A program made the translations under genes and the position numbers. Shown here piece after piece: positions 12,489 through 22,934 of a stretch of 64,000 nucleotides of DNA. This DNA is from Squalus acanthias. Taxonomy: Eukaryota. The stretch lies in NCBI GenBank assembly GCA_030390025.1, contig CM059431.1, forward strand, positions 151,406,001-151,470,000. The letters are read 5' to 3'. Under the pieces are notes generated by a model. The model did no database searches. It worked only from the letters and a program-made list of their open reading frames with translations, and was not told where the DNA came from. The stretch's first letter is position 1; each line of letters opens with the position of its first letter.

Positions 12489-13819
12489 ACGGCATCGCTG
12501 CAACAGCCTCAGTACTCAACATCAACAACAGCCAATCTCCAGACGCCATCCTACAACTCATCCGCTTCATCCTTGACCACAATGTCTTCACCTTCGACAA
12601 CCATTTTTTTACCCAAACACACGGAACAGCCATGGGGACCAAATTCGCACCCCAATACGCCAACATCTTCATGCACAAGTTCGAGCAAGACTTCTTCGCT
12701 GCACAGGACCTCCAGCCAACGCTGTATACCAGATACATCGACGACATTTTCTTCCTTTGGACCCATGGCGAAGGATCACTGAAAAGACTACACGATAACA
12801 TAAACATGTTCCATCCCACCATCAAACTCACCATGGACTACTCCTCAGAATCAGTCTCATTCCTGGACACACGAATCTCCATCAAAGACGGACACCTCAG
12901 CACTTCACTCTACCGCAAGCCCACGGACAACCTCACGATGCTCCACTTCTCCAGCTTCCACCCTAACCATGTTAAAGAAGCCATCCCCTATGGACAAGCC
13001 CTGCGAATACACAGGATCTGCTCAGACGAGGAGGAACGCGATGGACACCTACGGACGCTGAAAAACGCCCTCGTAAGAACGGGATATGACGCTCGACTCA
13101 TCGATCGACAGTTCCGACGGGCCACAGCGAAAAATCGCATAGACCTCCTCAGAAGGCAAACACGGGACACAACCAACAGGGTACCCTACGTCGTCCAGTA
13201 CTTCCCCGGAGCGGAGAAACTACGCCATGTTCTTCGCAGCCTTCAACATGTCATCGATGACGACAAACACCTCACTAAGGCCATCCCCACGCCTCCACTA
13301 CTTGCCTTCAAACAGCCGCCTAACCTCAGAAGTACCATCGTTCGCAGCAAATTACCCAGCTTTCAGGATAACAGCGACCACGACACCACACAACCCTGCC
13401 ATGGCAAACTCTGCAAGACATGCCAGATCATCAACACAGATACCACCATCACACGTGAGGACACTACCCACCAGGTACATGGTACATACTCATGTGACTC
13501 GGCCAACGTTGTCTACCTCATACGTTGCAGGAAAGAATGCACCGCGGCATGGTACATCGGCGAGACCATGCAGACACTGAGACAACGTATGAACGAGCAC
13601 CACGCAACAATCGCCAGGCAGGATTGTTACCTCCCAGTCGGGGAACACTTCAGCAGTCAAGGACATTCAGCCTCGGATCTGCGGGTAAGCGTTCTCCAAG
13701 GCAACCTTAGAAACACACGACAACGCAAAATCATCGAGCAGAAACTGATAGCCATGTTCCGCACTCATGAAGACGGTCTCAATCGGGATCTTGGGTTTAT
13801 GTCACGATACATGACGTGA
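12470..13819 (+). CDS. Penelope ORF C-terminal part (partial RT, GIY-YIG) in the right arm; first 6 codons come from the antisense of the left arm
   Basis: 449-aa open frame nearly identical to the left-arm protein from DGIAATAS onward; lacks N-terminal RT motifs. Confidence 0.7.
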   Translation: MDSILVDGIAATASVLNINNSQSPDAILQLIRFILDHNVFTFDNHFFTQTHGTAMGTKFAPQYANIFMHKFEQDFFAAQDLQPTLYTRYIDDIFFLWTHGEGSLKRLHDNINMFHPTIKLTMDYSSESVSFLDTRISIKDGHLSTSLYRKPTDNLTMLHFSSFHPNHVKEAIPYGQALRIHRICSDEEERDGHLRTLKNALVRTGYDARLIDRQFRRATAKNRIDLLRRQTRDTTNRVPYVVQYFPGAEKLRHVLRSLQHVIDDDKHLTKAIPTPPLLAFKQPPNLRSTIVRSKLPSFQDNSDHDTTQPCHGKLCKTCQIINTDTTITREDTTHQVHGTYSCDSANVVYLIRCRKECTAAWYIGETMQTLRQRMNEHHATIARQDCYLPVGEHFSSQGHSASDLRVSVLQGNLRNTRQRKIIEQKLIAMFRTHEDGLNRDLGFMSRYMT

Positions 13820-14151
13820 TCCGGACTCGAGTCGTCGTTAGCTTGTTCACAGATGTGATTCCCAGTAAAAAAGTAAAAATTTTCCCAGTAAAAAAGTAAA
13901 AAAATGTTAAAGCTTTTCGGTTTACATACAGACGGCAGCTTTTGACACGTTGGAACCCCTGCGACTACACCTCATTGTCTCAGTTGTATCTTGCTATGTC
14001 TTTGATGTGGTACCTTCCTGGCTGACTTAATTAACTTTATCACACCTCGGCAGATAGTCAGGATGATTTAATTTATTGGTCTGCAATTGTAAAGTACACA
14101 TGCTTTGTTTTCCACCTATATCTGCTTTGGAGATTCTGTATCTAATTTACT

Positions 14152-14194
14152 TCACCTGAGGAAGGAGCAAATCGATAGCTCCGAAAGCTTGTGA
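14152..14194 (+). ncRNA. Minimal type I hammerhead ribozyme, right arm
   Basis: UCAC-CUGAGGA-A-GGAGC(AAAUCGAUA)GCUCC-GAAAGCUU-GUGA: intact core, stem I UCAC/GUGA, palindromic AAGCUU stem III; followed by AATAAA. Confidence 0.85.
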
Positions 14195-15357
14195 TTTCAA
14201 ATAAAACTGTTGGACTATAACCTGGTGTTGTGCGACCTCTCAATTTTGTCCACCCCAGTCCAACACCGGCATCTCCGCATCATGCTCATTATAGTAACCA
14301 TGATGTGAATATGCCGGTGTTGGACTGGTGTGGACAAAAGTGAGAAGTCGCACAACACCAGGTTATAGCCTCAGCAGCCAGGAGAAGGGGAAGGAGAATG
14401 AGCAGCAGCAGCAGAGTGGTGGTCTCTGTGACCAGGAAGAGGAGAAGGAGACCAGACAGCAGACCACTACCAACACATCCACAACAACAACTGAGGTGCC
14501 TGGAGAGAGAGGACAGGAGAGGAGAAAGAAAAGCAAAGAAGGCCAAGGCCATCAACAGCAGAGGAGAGGCCTTTCCATCACTGCCTCCTCAATTGGCCTC
14601 CATTTTAGGAGAGGGAGAGAGGGGAGAAAACATCCCAACAACCATCAACTGTTTGGAAGGAGGGAGGAAGGAAAGAATATCAGCTACAGGTGGGTGTGAT
14701 TCTGGTGCACTCTCCCAGAGACTTTGTTTTGTAGGTGGGGGGAGGAAAGAAGAAAAGAAGAGGGCCAAAACATCCAAGGGGTGTGTGTGTGTGTGTGGCT
14801 TTTGTAAAAACTAGGCCGCACACACCATATTAAACACCCCTTTCCCATTGCCTGGCCTGGGACAGCTGGAGCTGCCTAGGTGAAGTTACCCAATTTAAGT
14901 TCATCTAATTGGGCATCGTTAAGACCTGGTGCAGGACTGAGCCTGGGCATCTCCAGCTTTCCCAGGTGAAGACATCTTCTCCCCCCACCAGAAGACCACC
15001 ACCAAAGACTTTTATTTACATCGGAGAGTGCACCCCCTGCCAACACCCACCCACCAACCAGCCTGAGTGGCGACCCTGCCCTTGCGGCTTCCCTCCTTCC
15101 CACCCCCTCTCTCTCTCTCTTTGTCTCTTGTCTCTCTCTGCCTCTCTCTCTAAGAGGCACCTCAATTTACTTTTAATTAAGTACCCATTGAGCAGAGGGG
15201 AGAAGGCCCCTCTCCCAATTCAATCAAATAAAGGGAGAGGTGTGCCTTCAATTTAAGAGCTCCCTCTGCTCAGGGGAAAACAAATACAAAACCGAGGCCA
15301 TTAACAACTTCAGGCCTGTGACTTGGGGTGAGTGTAGCCCTTAAAGACCCGTCCATT

Positions 15358-17517
15358 ATGGCGAGCACATCTTCGTCGGTGGCGGGGGCAGCGAGGACGT
15401 ATGCGAGTGTGGCAGCCGCGGCCACGGCCGCAGCCAGGAGTCCTCCTGTTACCCCGTCACCTTTTGCCCTCCTTACGAGGAGGAATGGGGTGAAGAGCTA
15501 CACTCACCCCAATATGACAATAGAGGCGTGCGTGAAAGCAATGGCTGGGGTTATCGGCCCTTCAGCCATCGTCGCCGCCTCTAAAATGTACGGCAAGGCT
15601 ATGTTCTTCCTGGGGTCAGAGCGGGCGGTGTCCCTGGCCAGCGAGAAGGGGCTCACCGTGGGCGGGACCTTCCTGCCGGTGGACCCCCTTGAGGCCACCG
15701 CGCAAAGGATTGTTGTTTCCAACGTCCCGCCCTTTGTTCCGGGTGAGCTCCTCCTCCCCCACCTATGTCAACTGGGGGAGGTGAGGTCGGGGATCACACC
15801 CATCCCGCTCGGCTTCCGGGAATCCAGCCTTCGGCACGTCTTCTCCTTCCGGCGCCAGCTTTTCGTCCGGCTGGCGCGGGAGGAGGACGCGGACGGCGCG
15901 TTCACGGTGCTCCACGGGGGGACCGCCCACCGCGTCTTCTGGACCTCGGACGGCATGCGGTGCTACGCCTGTAAGGAGGTGGGGCACGTCCGCAAAAACT
16001 GCCCCGCCTCCAAGGCTGCCACGACACCTAGCGCGGCCAGGGCTGGCGCCGCCGTCCCCCTCCCCCTGATACTGTCCACGCGTCGAGGGCGACGGATGCG
16101 TGGTCGAAATCGGAGGCCAACACCATCACGGCCTCCGGCGGGGGGGAGGGAGAGCGTCCGAGGGTGAAGAAGGCGCTTAGAAAGACTAAACACGTAAGGG
16201 CGGATCCCCTCGTGGAGGAAACATCCGATTTGCCCGAACTCACGCCTGCGTACATCGCGGAGTTGACCGGGACGCGTGAGACTGGGGGGGTCCTCGTGCC
16301 CGGGCCCGTGACCGTGACCGCAACTGCCAAGGCAGCTAAATCAAGACCTGCTGCCGGGCTCGGGCCCGAGGGGCCCAAGAAACCCAGTCATCGGAAGGGG
16401 GCAGAGAGGGAGGCCCCAGCAGACATGGAGGCCTCCCCCTCTCCGGGCCCCAACATGTTAAAAAGGAAGCTCCACCCCCAGGAGGAGGACTGCGAGGAGG
16501 AAGGTCCCTCCGCAGAAGGGGGGGAGTCGCCCGCCGTGGGTGCTGCGCCCCACTCCACCAACGTCATCGTCGTGCGCGAGCGGCAGGGGTCGCCTGTCCC
16601 TCGGGAGGGTTAGACAGCCGAGTCTGTCCGACCTGTGCCTCCCGGGGATGGGGAAGTGACCCTGCCCGTGGGGGGGGGGGCGCGGAACAACCCGCGGATA
16701 TTAATAATAAAAATCCTGAACCGTTGCTACTCGCCGGGTCGGGCGTCCTGGGGACTGGGGCGGGCGAGGCCAAAGAGGCTGAAGCCGAGCCCGCCTTTTA
16801 CAACCCAGATATCTCCCAGGGACTTCTCGACCTGGTGGAGGAGTACAACAATCCCCAGCCCGCTGGGTCGGAGGTTTGTGGCGGGGAGACAGAAAGCCCC
16901 CTGACTCCGTCTCTGATGTTGGCGCCAGACGTACAGGAGGACTTTGAGATTATTTTCTCCCTGGTTTCTCCGGTCGCTCCGGCGCCCGAGGCGGGGGGGG
17001 GGGCCCCGAACCGCCGCCGCCTCCCGGCCCGGCGCCCCTGAAGGAGCCCAGGGTGGACTCCTCTGCCACCGATCCTCGGGGTGGGATCGTAACGGAGGCG
17101 GGGCCGGCCGGTGCGGCCGAGCCGTTCGCTGCACCCCGTGCGACGGACGGGTTGGCCGCCGGTGATGACCTCCCGGAGGAGGACGGGGACTCGGTGTTGG
17201 GCACCGAGGACGATTTGGAGTCCATCGGCAGCGAGGCGATGGACGCCCTCGTGCCCTTCACTGACTCTCCCCTCATCCCCGTAGGGGAACTCCGGGATTT
17301 TATGGCCACGAGCCAGGGTCGTCACAAGAAGATCCGGCTGGCCCTCGACAAGTGGTCGGAGCTGGCGTTGCTCGTCGTGTCCATCCGCGCCGCCGTTAAA
17401 ATCATGGGCGCGGACAAGGACGTTGGCCGGCTCGAGCTGCGTCGGCTCAAGAGTTTCCACACTGGGCTGCTGAGGGAGTGGCGGTCTTCAGTGACCGCGC
17501 TCCCTCCCCTCCGTTAG
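15358..17517 (+). pseudogene. Tx1 ORF1 (CCHC zinc-knuckle nucleic-acid-binding protein), frameshifted
   Basis: MASTSSS..LTRRNGVK..AASKMYGKAMFFL..IVVSNVPPFV..SFRRQLFVRL..CYACKEVGHVRKNC; continues through pieces 16164-16613, 16724-17041 and 17053-17517. Confidence 0.85.
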
Positions 17518-17542
17518 GTAATGGTTGCACTATGCTTCTGAG

Positions 17543-20500
17543 ATGAAGATAACCATAGCCAGCCTCAACATCAACGGCAGCAGGGAGGCGCGCCGTAGAT
17601 TCAATAACTTCTCGGTCCTTCGGGACGGGAAATATGCGGTGTGCTTCCTGCAAGAAACCCACACCGTTCCGGGAGACGAGGCCACGTGGCTCCTGGAGTG
17701 GCAAGGAGGGGTCAGCATGAGTCACCTCTCCAACAATTCCTGCGGGGTGGCTGTCTTGCTGGTCCCGCATTTTCAGCCGGAGATCTTGAGGGTCAAGGAG
17801 CACGTGCCGGGCCGCTGGCTCCAGGTCACTGTTTGCCTGGGAGACGTGCCGCTCCATTTAGTGAACGTGTACGCCCCCCGGACCGGTGCGCAGCAACTGC
17901 GCTTCTTCGGAGAAGTGTCCGCTCATCTGGGCTCCATCGACGTGGGCAAGTGCGTCATCCTCGGGGGGGATTTCAATTGTACCCTCGAGGCGCGGGACCG
18001 GTCGGGTCCCCCGCGAAGCCCGGCGGCGATGGAGAAGTTGCGGGACCTGGTCGGGTCCTTCGACTTGGTGGACGTCTGGCGAAATCTCCATCCCGACTCC
18101 AGCGCCTTCACGAGTGTGAGGTCTGGAGGAGGAAGGTCCAGAATCGACCGCCTTTACATTTCCCGGGCGTACGTCTCCTGCGTTCCGGCGGCTTCCATGC
18201 GGCTGGTGCCGTGCACGGACCACCACCTGGTGTGGGCGGAGCTCGCTCCGCTGCACGCACGGTGGGGAGTCCGCGTACTGGCATTTTAACAACCTGCTGC
18301 TGGAGGACGCGCGGTTCCGGGATTCGTTTCGCCGGTTCTGGGCCGACTGGAGAAGGAAGCGGGGAGGCTTCCCCTCCTTGAGGCTTTGGTGGGACGTGGG
18401 CAAGGCTCACGTCCGTGTCTTCTGTCAGGAGTACGCGAAGGGGTCGACCAAGAGGCGGGAGGCCCGGGTCGGGCGATTGGAGAAAGAAGTGCTCGACCTG
18501 GAGTCCCGTCTCGGTCAGGTCGTCGAGGACCCGGCCCTGCGGAAGGTGTACGAAGAGAAGAAGGGCGCGCTGAAGGGCCTGCAGCTGGTCGGGTCCCGAG
18601 GCGCGTAAGTGAGGTCGCGGATCCAGTTCCTGCGGGACCTGGACCGCGGCTCCCCCTTCTTCTACTCGCTGGAAAAATGACGGGGGGTCCTTAAGCAGCT
18701 CTTGGGGCTGCTGGCCGACGACGGATCTCTGGTCTCGGATCCGGAGGGCATCAGCGCGGAGGCCCGGGCCTATTACGGGGCTCTGTTCTCTTCGGATCCG
18801 TCCAGCGAGGATGCGCGCAGAGTTTTGTGGGAGGACCTGCCGAAGGTCGGCCCGGAGGGCGCCGGGAATTTGGAAGCTCCGCTAAGCCTGGCGGAGCTGA
18901 CCGGTGCCCTGCGCCAGCTCTCGAGGGGCAAGTCCCCGGGCCTGGATGGGCTGACCGTGGAGTTCCACAGGGCGTTCTGGGACGTCTTGGGGGACGACTA
19001 CGCGCGGGTCCTGGGGGAAAGTCTGGCGACCGGGCAGATGCCCCTCTCTTGGCGCAGGGCGGTCATCGTCCTGCTGCCCAAGAAGGGCAATCTCCGCCTA
19101 CTTAAGAACTGGCGCCCGGTCTCCCTCCTCAGCACGGACTACAAAATTTTCGCCAGGGCTATGTCTGCTCGCCTTGGCACCGTGCTGGCCCACATGATCC
19201 ACCCCGACCAGTCCTACACGGTCCCGGGCCGGACAATCCACGACAACATCCATCTGGTCCGGGACCTGGTCCACCATTCCCAGAGGGCTGGTCTGTCGGT
19301 CGCCTTCCTTTCCCTAGATCAGGAGAAGGCGTTCGACAGGGTGGATCACGAGTATCTTTTCGGGACTCTGCGCGCATTCGGGTTCGGGACGCATTTCGTC
19401 ACCCGGATCCGACTTCTGTACGCCGCCGCGGAGTGTCTGATTAAAGTTAACGGGTCTTTGACTGCGCCCCTTTGCTTCGGGAGGGGGGTGCGTCAGGGAT
19501 GCCCCATGTCCGGTCAGTTATACGCCGTTTGCGTGGAGCCTTTCCTGCGCCTCTTGCGGAAGAGGTTGATGGGACTGGCTCTGCAAGGGCCGGGTGTGGA
19601 GGTGGTCCTCTCGGCTTATGCCGATGACGTGCTCCTCGCGGTCACGGATCCCGTCGACTTGCGGAGGATGCGAGAATGCCAGCAGATTTACTCGGACGCA
19701 TCCTCCGCCAAGATCAACTGGCAGAAATGTTCTGGACTCCTGATGGGGCCATGGCAGGTGGACTCCCTGCCGGAGGAGTTCGGGCCTTCCGCCTGGAGCA
19801 CCACGCACCTCTTCTACCTGGGAGTCTACCTCAGCCCGGCCGAGGATGCCTGGCCGGCGAACTGGCAAGAGCTGGAGGCCAAAGTCAACTCTCGCCTAGG
19901 GCGCTGGACAGGACTGCTCCGAGTGATGTCCTACAGGGGTCGAGCGCTGGTCATAAACCAGCTGGTGGCCGCCATGTTGTGGTACCGGTTGGTCACTTTG
20001 ATCCCTCCCCCTGCGTTTGTCGCCAAGATGCAGAAGAAGCTCGTCGCCTTCTTCTGGGACAAAAGGAAGCACTGGGTCTCTGCCGTGGTTTTGAGTCTCC
20101 CGCTTAGGGAGGGCGGTCAGGCGTTGGTGTGCCTTCGCACCCAGGCGGCAACTTTCCGTCTTCAGACGCTGCAGAGATACCTGTACGTGGAGAATCCTCC
20201 TAGGTGGCGTGCGCTGGCGACGTATTTCTTCCGCCAGCTGCACGGCCTCAATTACGACACGCAGCTCCTGTTTGTGAGAGTGGGTGGCACGCGTGCCAGC
20301 CTGTGGGAGCTGCCTGTCTTCTACCAGGAACTGCTATGGGTTTGGAACAGCGTCGCCTCCGAGCGCAGTTCTCCCCCGTCAGGAGCGGCGGCCGTCCTTC
20401 GGGAGCCGCTGTTCAGGAATCCGCACCTCCACGACCGCGGGTTCGGCTGGCTGGCGGAGGGCAGGGCTGTGCCCGGTAAGGTGACCAGAGTCGGGGACCT

Positions 20501-21443
20501 GCTCGATGGCGGAGGAGCAGGCTGGATGGCGCCGGAGGAGTTGGCGAGGCGCATGTCCTGGGTCAACGTCCGGCTCGCGGTCAAAGCCATCGAGTCGCTA
20601 AAAGTGGCACTGGGCCCTGTCTCCACTAGGTGTGTCGAGGAGGCTCAAGCACGTGGGGCGATCCCGTCCGAACTGACCCCCGTTCGGACGGAATTCCTTA
20701 TCGGCGCCCGGCCCCGAATCCTCCCTCGGGAGCCGCCGCCTCACCACTTGAGCCTTCTCGGAGAAATGCCCTCCGTGCCCTTTCAATCCGCACGGAGGCG
20801 TTTCCTGTATGGGCTGCTCCTGCACACTCTCCACTTTGCCATCTTCGTCTGCCATCCGGACACGCCTTGGCGTACCATCCTGCCGTCCGGCGGAGGCGAA
20901 GGTCCCCATTGGAAGGCTCTCTACGCGGGAGTCTTCCCTTGTTCTATTGGGGACTTGGCCTGGAGGGTGTTGCACAGAGCAGTCCCGTGCAATAGGGTTT
21001 TAAATAGGTTTACAGACTCCCAGGCTGCTTGCCATTTCTGCGGCCTGGAGGAGTCCGTCTATCACATTTATATTGAATGTGAGAGGTTGCAGCCCCTCTT
21101 TCATTATTTGAAGGGGCTGCTCCTCAATTTCTGGTTGCACTTCAGCCCCACGCTCCTGATCTACGGTCACCCGGTGCGGAGGGGAGCGGGTAGGTCGGAG
21201 GACCTCCTCGTAGGACTGCTCCTGGGCCTGGCCAAGAAAGCCATTAATTGGTCCAGGCAGCGGGCGGTCGAGGGGGTCGTTCGGCCCGATTGCCTGCCTC
21301 TCTTCCGCGGCCATGTTCGCGCCCGGGTGGCCCTGGAGATGGAGCACGCGGTGTCCGCCGGCACGCTTGAGTTTTTCCGCGACCGGTGGGCGCCACGGGG
21401 ACTGGAGTGCATCGTCACCCCGGACTTCCAAATTTTAATTTGA
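17543..21443 (+). pseudogene. Tx1 ORF2 (APE endonuclease, RT, C-terminal zinc finger), disrupted
   Basis: MKITIASLNING, FLQETH, GGDFNC, SRIDR, TDHH; frameshift near 18265, stops at 18606-18608 and 18678-18680; KSPGLDG, NWRPVSLL, LDQEKAFD, QGCPMS, YADD, CHFCGLEESVYHIYIEC. Confidence 0.92.
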
Positions 21444-21879
21444 TTTATTAAGTTTCATTTAAAGTTTTAATTGATTTACAGTTAATTTGGGTTCTGTCCA
21501 ACCAAAAAGAGGAACACCAGGTTATAGTACAACAGCTGTACTTGAAATCACAAGCTTTTGGAGCGCTGCTCCTTCGTCACTTCAGCACTCCGAAAATTTG
21601 TGATTTCAGATAAAGCTGCTGGAATATAACCTGGTGTTGTGCCACTTCCCTCATTATAGTAAGTATTTCCTTCGGGGATGCGAATCTCCATCGCATGTCT
21701 TCTCTCTTCGCTGCAATCTCTGCCCCACTAGTCCGCATAATTATGTTCCTCCATAGTAAATCTCCAAGTAAATTCACAGCCAACCCCTTGGATCTTATGT
21801 TAAAATCTGTTCAAGGGTAGTGACTTTTCATCAATGTATTCAATGTATTGATAGTCAAATAAGAAAATCATATTGAAAT

Positions 21880-22810
21880 TGGGAAGTGACGATGCGGGGC
21901 AGAAGCTAAAGTAATGTTGGCCATTCTCACAAGGGGACTGGAATACAAATGGGTGGAATTTATGTGACATTTATACAAAGCTCTGGTTAGACCCCGTTTA
22001 GAGCACGGCGATCAGTTCGGCGCAGGGCACCTCAGGAAGGACACATTGGCATTGGAGCGGTGCAGCGCAGATTCACCAGAATGATAATGACGTTAAAAGA
22101 TTTCAATTATGAAGACAGGCTGCACGGACCAGGATTGTATTCCTTTGAGTAAATATGATGAAATTATGGTCTAATTGACGTGTTTAAGATGATTAAAGGA
22201 GTTGATTGGGTAAATAGAGAGAAACTAATTCCTCCGGTCTGGAATTGTAGAAGAAAGGGGCAGAATCTTAACATTAGAGCTAAACTGTTCAGGGTGATGT
22301 CCGGATATCTACTTCACACAAAGGTTAGTGGAAATCTACAACTCTCTCCCGCAGTAATCTGTTAAGGCTCAGTCAACTGAAAATTTTAAAACTGAGATTT
22401 GTAGATTTTTTTAGGCAAGATTATTTAGGGTTCGGGAACCAAGGCAGTTAATTGGAGTCGAGAGGCAGATCAGCCATGATCTATTTGAATGGGGGAACTG
22501 GCGTGAAGTGCTGAATGGCCTCCTCCTGTTCCTATATTCATAGAGTTACTACATTCCTAGACTAAGAAGGGACGGTAATATTCAGGGAAATATATAAGGA
22601 CATAAGAAATGGAGCAGGAATAGGCCTTATGGACCCTCGAACCTGCTCCGCCATTCAGTAAGATCATGGCTGATCTTCGACCTCAACTCCACTTTCTCGT
22701 AAGATCCCATTTCCCGTGATTCCGCTGCAGTCCAAAATCCATCTATCTCAGAATTGAATATACTCAAGGACTAATTTTCCATACTCCTCTGGGTTAGAGA
22801 ATTCCAAAGA
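21880..22810. mobile_element. Old CR1 3' fragments in both orientations (paralog ~46550-48225)
   Basis: Peptide VFKMIKGVDWVNREKLIP; CR1 3' UTR TGAATGGCCTCCTCCTGTTCCTAT. Confidence 0.7.
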
Positions 22811-22934
22811 TTTATATAAAATGTTTACATTTTAAATTGCTCTCATTTTGAAAATCACTTATTAAATATCAGGTTATGTTGCAATTTCTAAAACTATATT
22901 TAATATCTGTTTTAAAGATACAGTAGGAAACATA

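Larger units (their letters stand above)
9639..14284. mobile_element. Young Penelope-like retroelement (Neptune-like) in head-to-head inverted arrangement, 12-bp TSD CTCATTATAGTA
   Basis: Arms 9638-11395 and 12487-14244 are near-perfect reverse complements; TSD at 9627-9638 and 14285-14296; element absent from the paralogous site at 46096. Confidence 0.95.
14369..21512 (+). mobile_element. Apparently full-length Tx1-clade LINE (7.1 kb), 15-bp TSD AACACCAGGTTATAG
   Basis: TSD at 14354-14368 and 21513-21527; ~1 kb 5' leader, gag-like ORF1, APE-RT-ZnF ORF2, short 3' UTR; CpG-rich; absent at paralog ~46165-46180. Confidence 0.95.
14298..21649. mobile_element. Older ~200 bp Penelope-terminus-derived inverted mini-element, split by the Tx1 (pieces 14298-14368 and 21528-21649)
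   Basis: Joined pieces match the uninterrupted paralog 46109-46316; TSD CTCATTATAGTAA at 14285-14297 and 21650-21662. Confidence 0.85.

Noticed and set aside
11992..12834. 280-aa ORF as an independent gene
   Set aside because: Chimera: the first ~115 residues are antisense of the right arm and the rest is the upstream part of the left-arm Penelope ORF
9639..14244. DNA transposon with long TIRs or LTR element
   Set aside because: The repeats encode PLE RT/GIY-YIG and end in hammerhead termini; no transposase or integrase
15504..21431. Many alternative-frame and antisense ORFs in the GC-rich block; possible bacterial contamination
   Set aside because: High GC suppresses stops; the block is a TSD-bounded Tx1 LINE with an empty paralogous site
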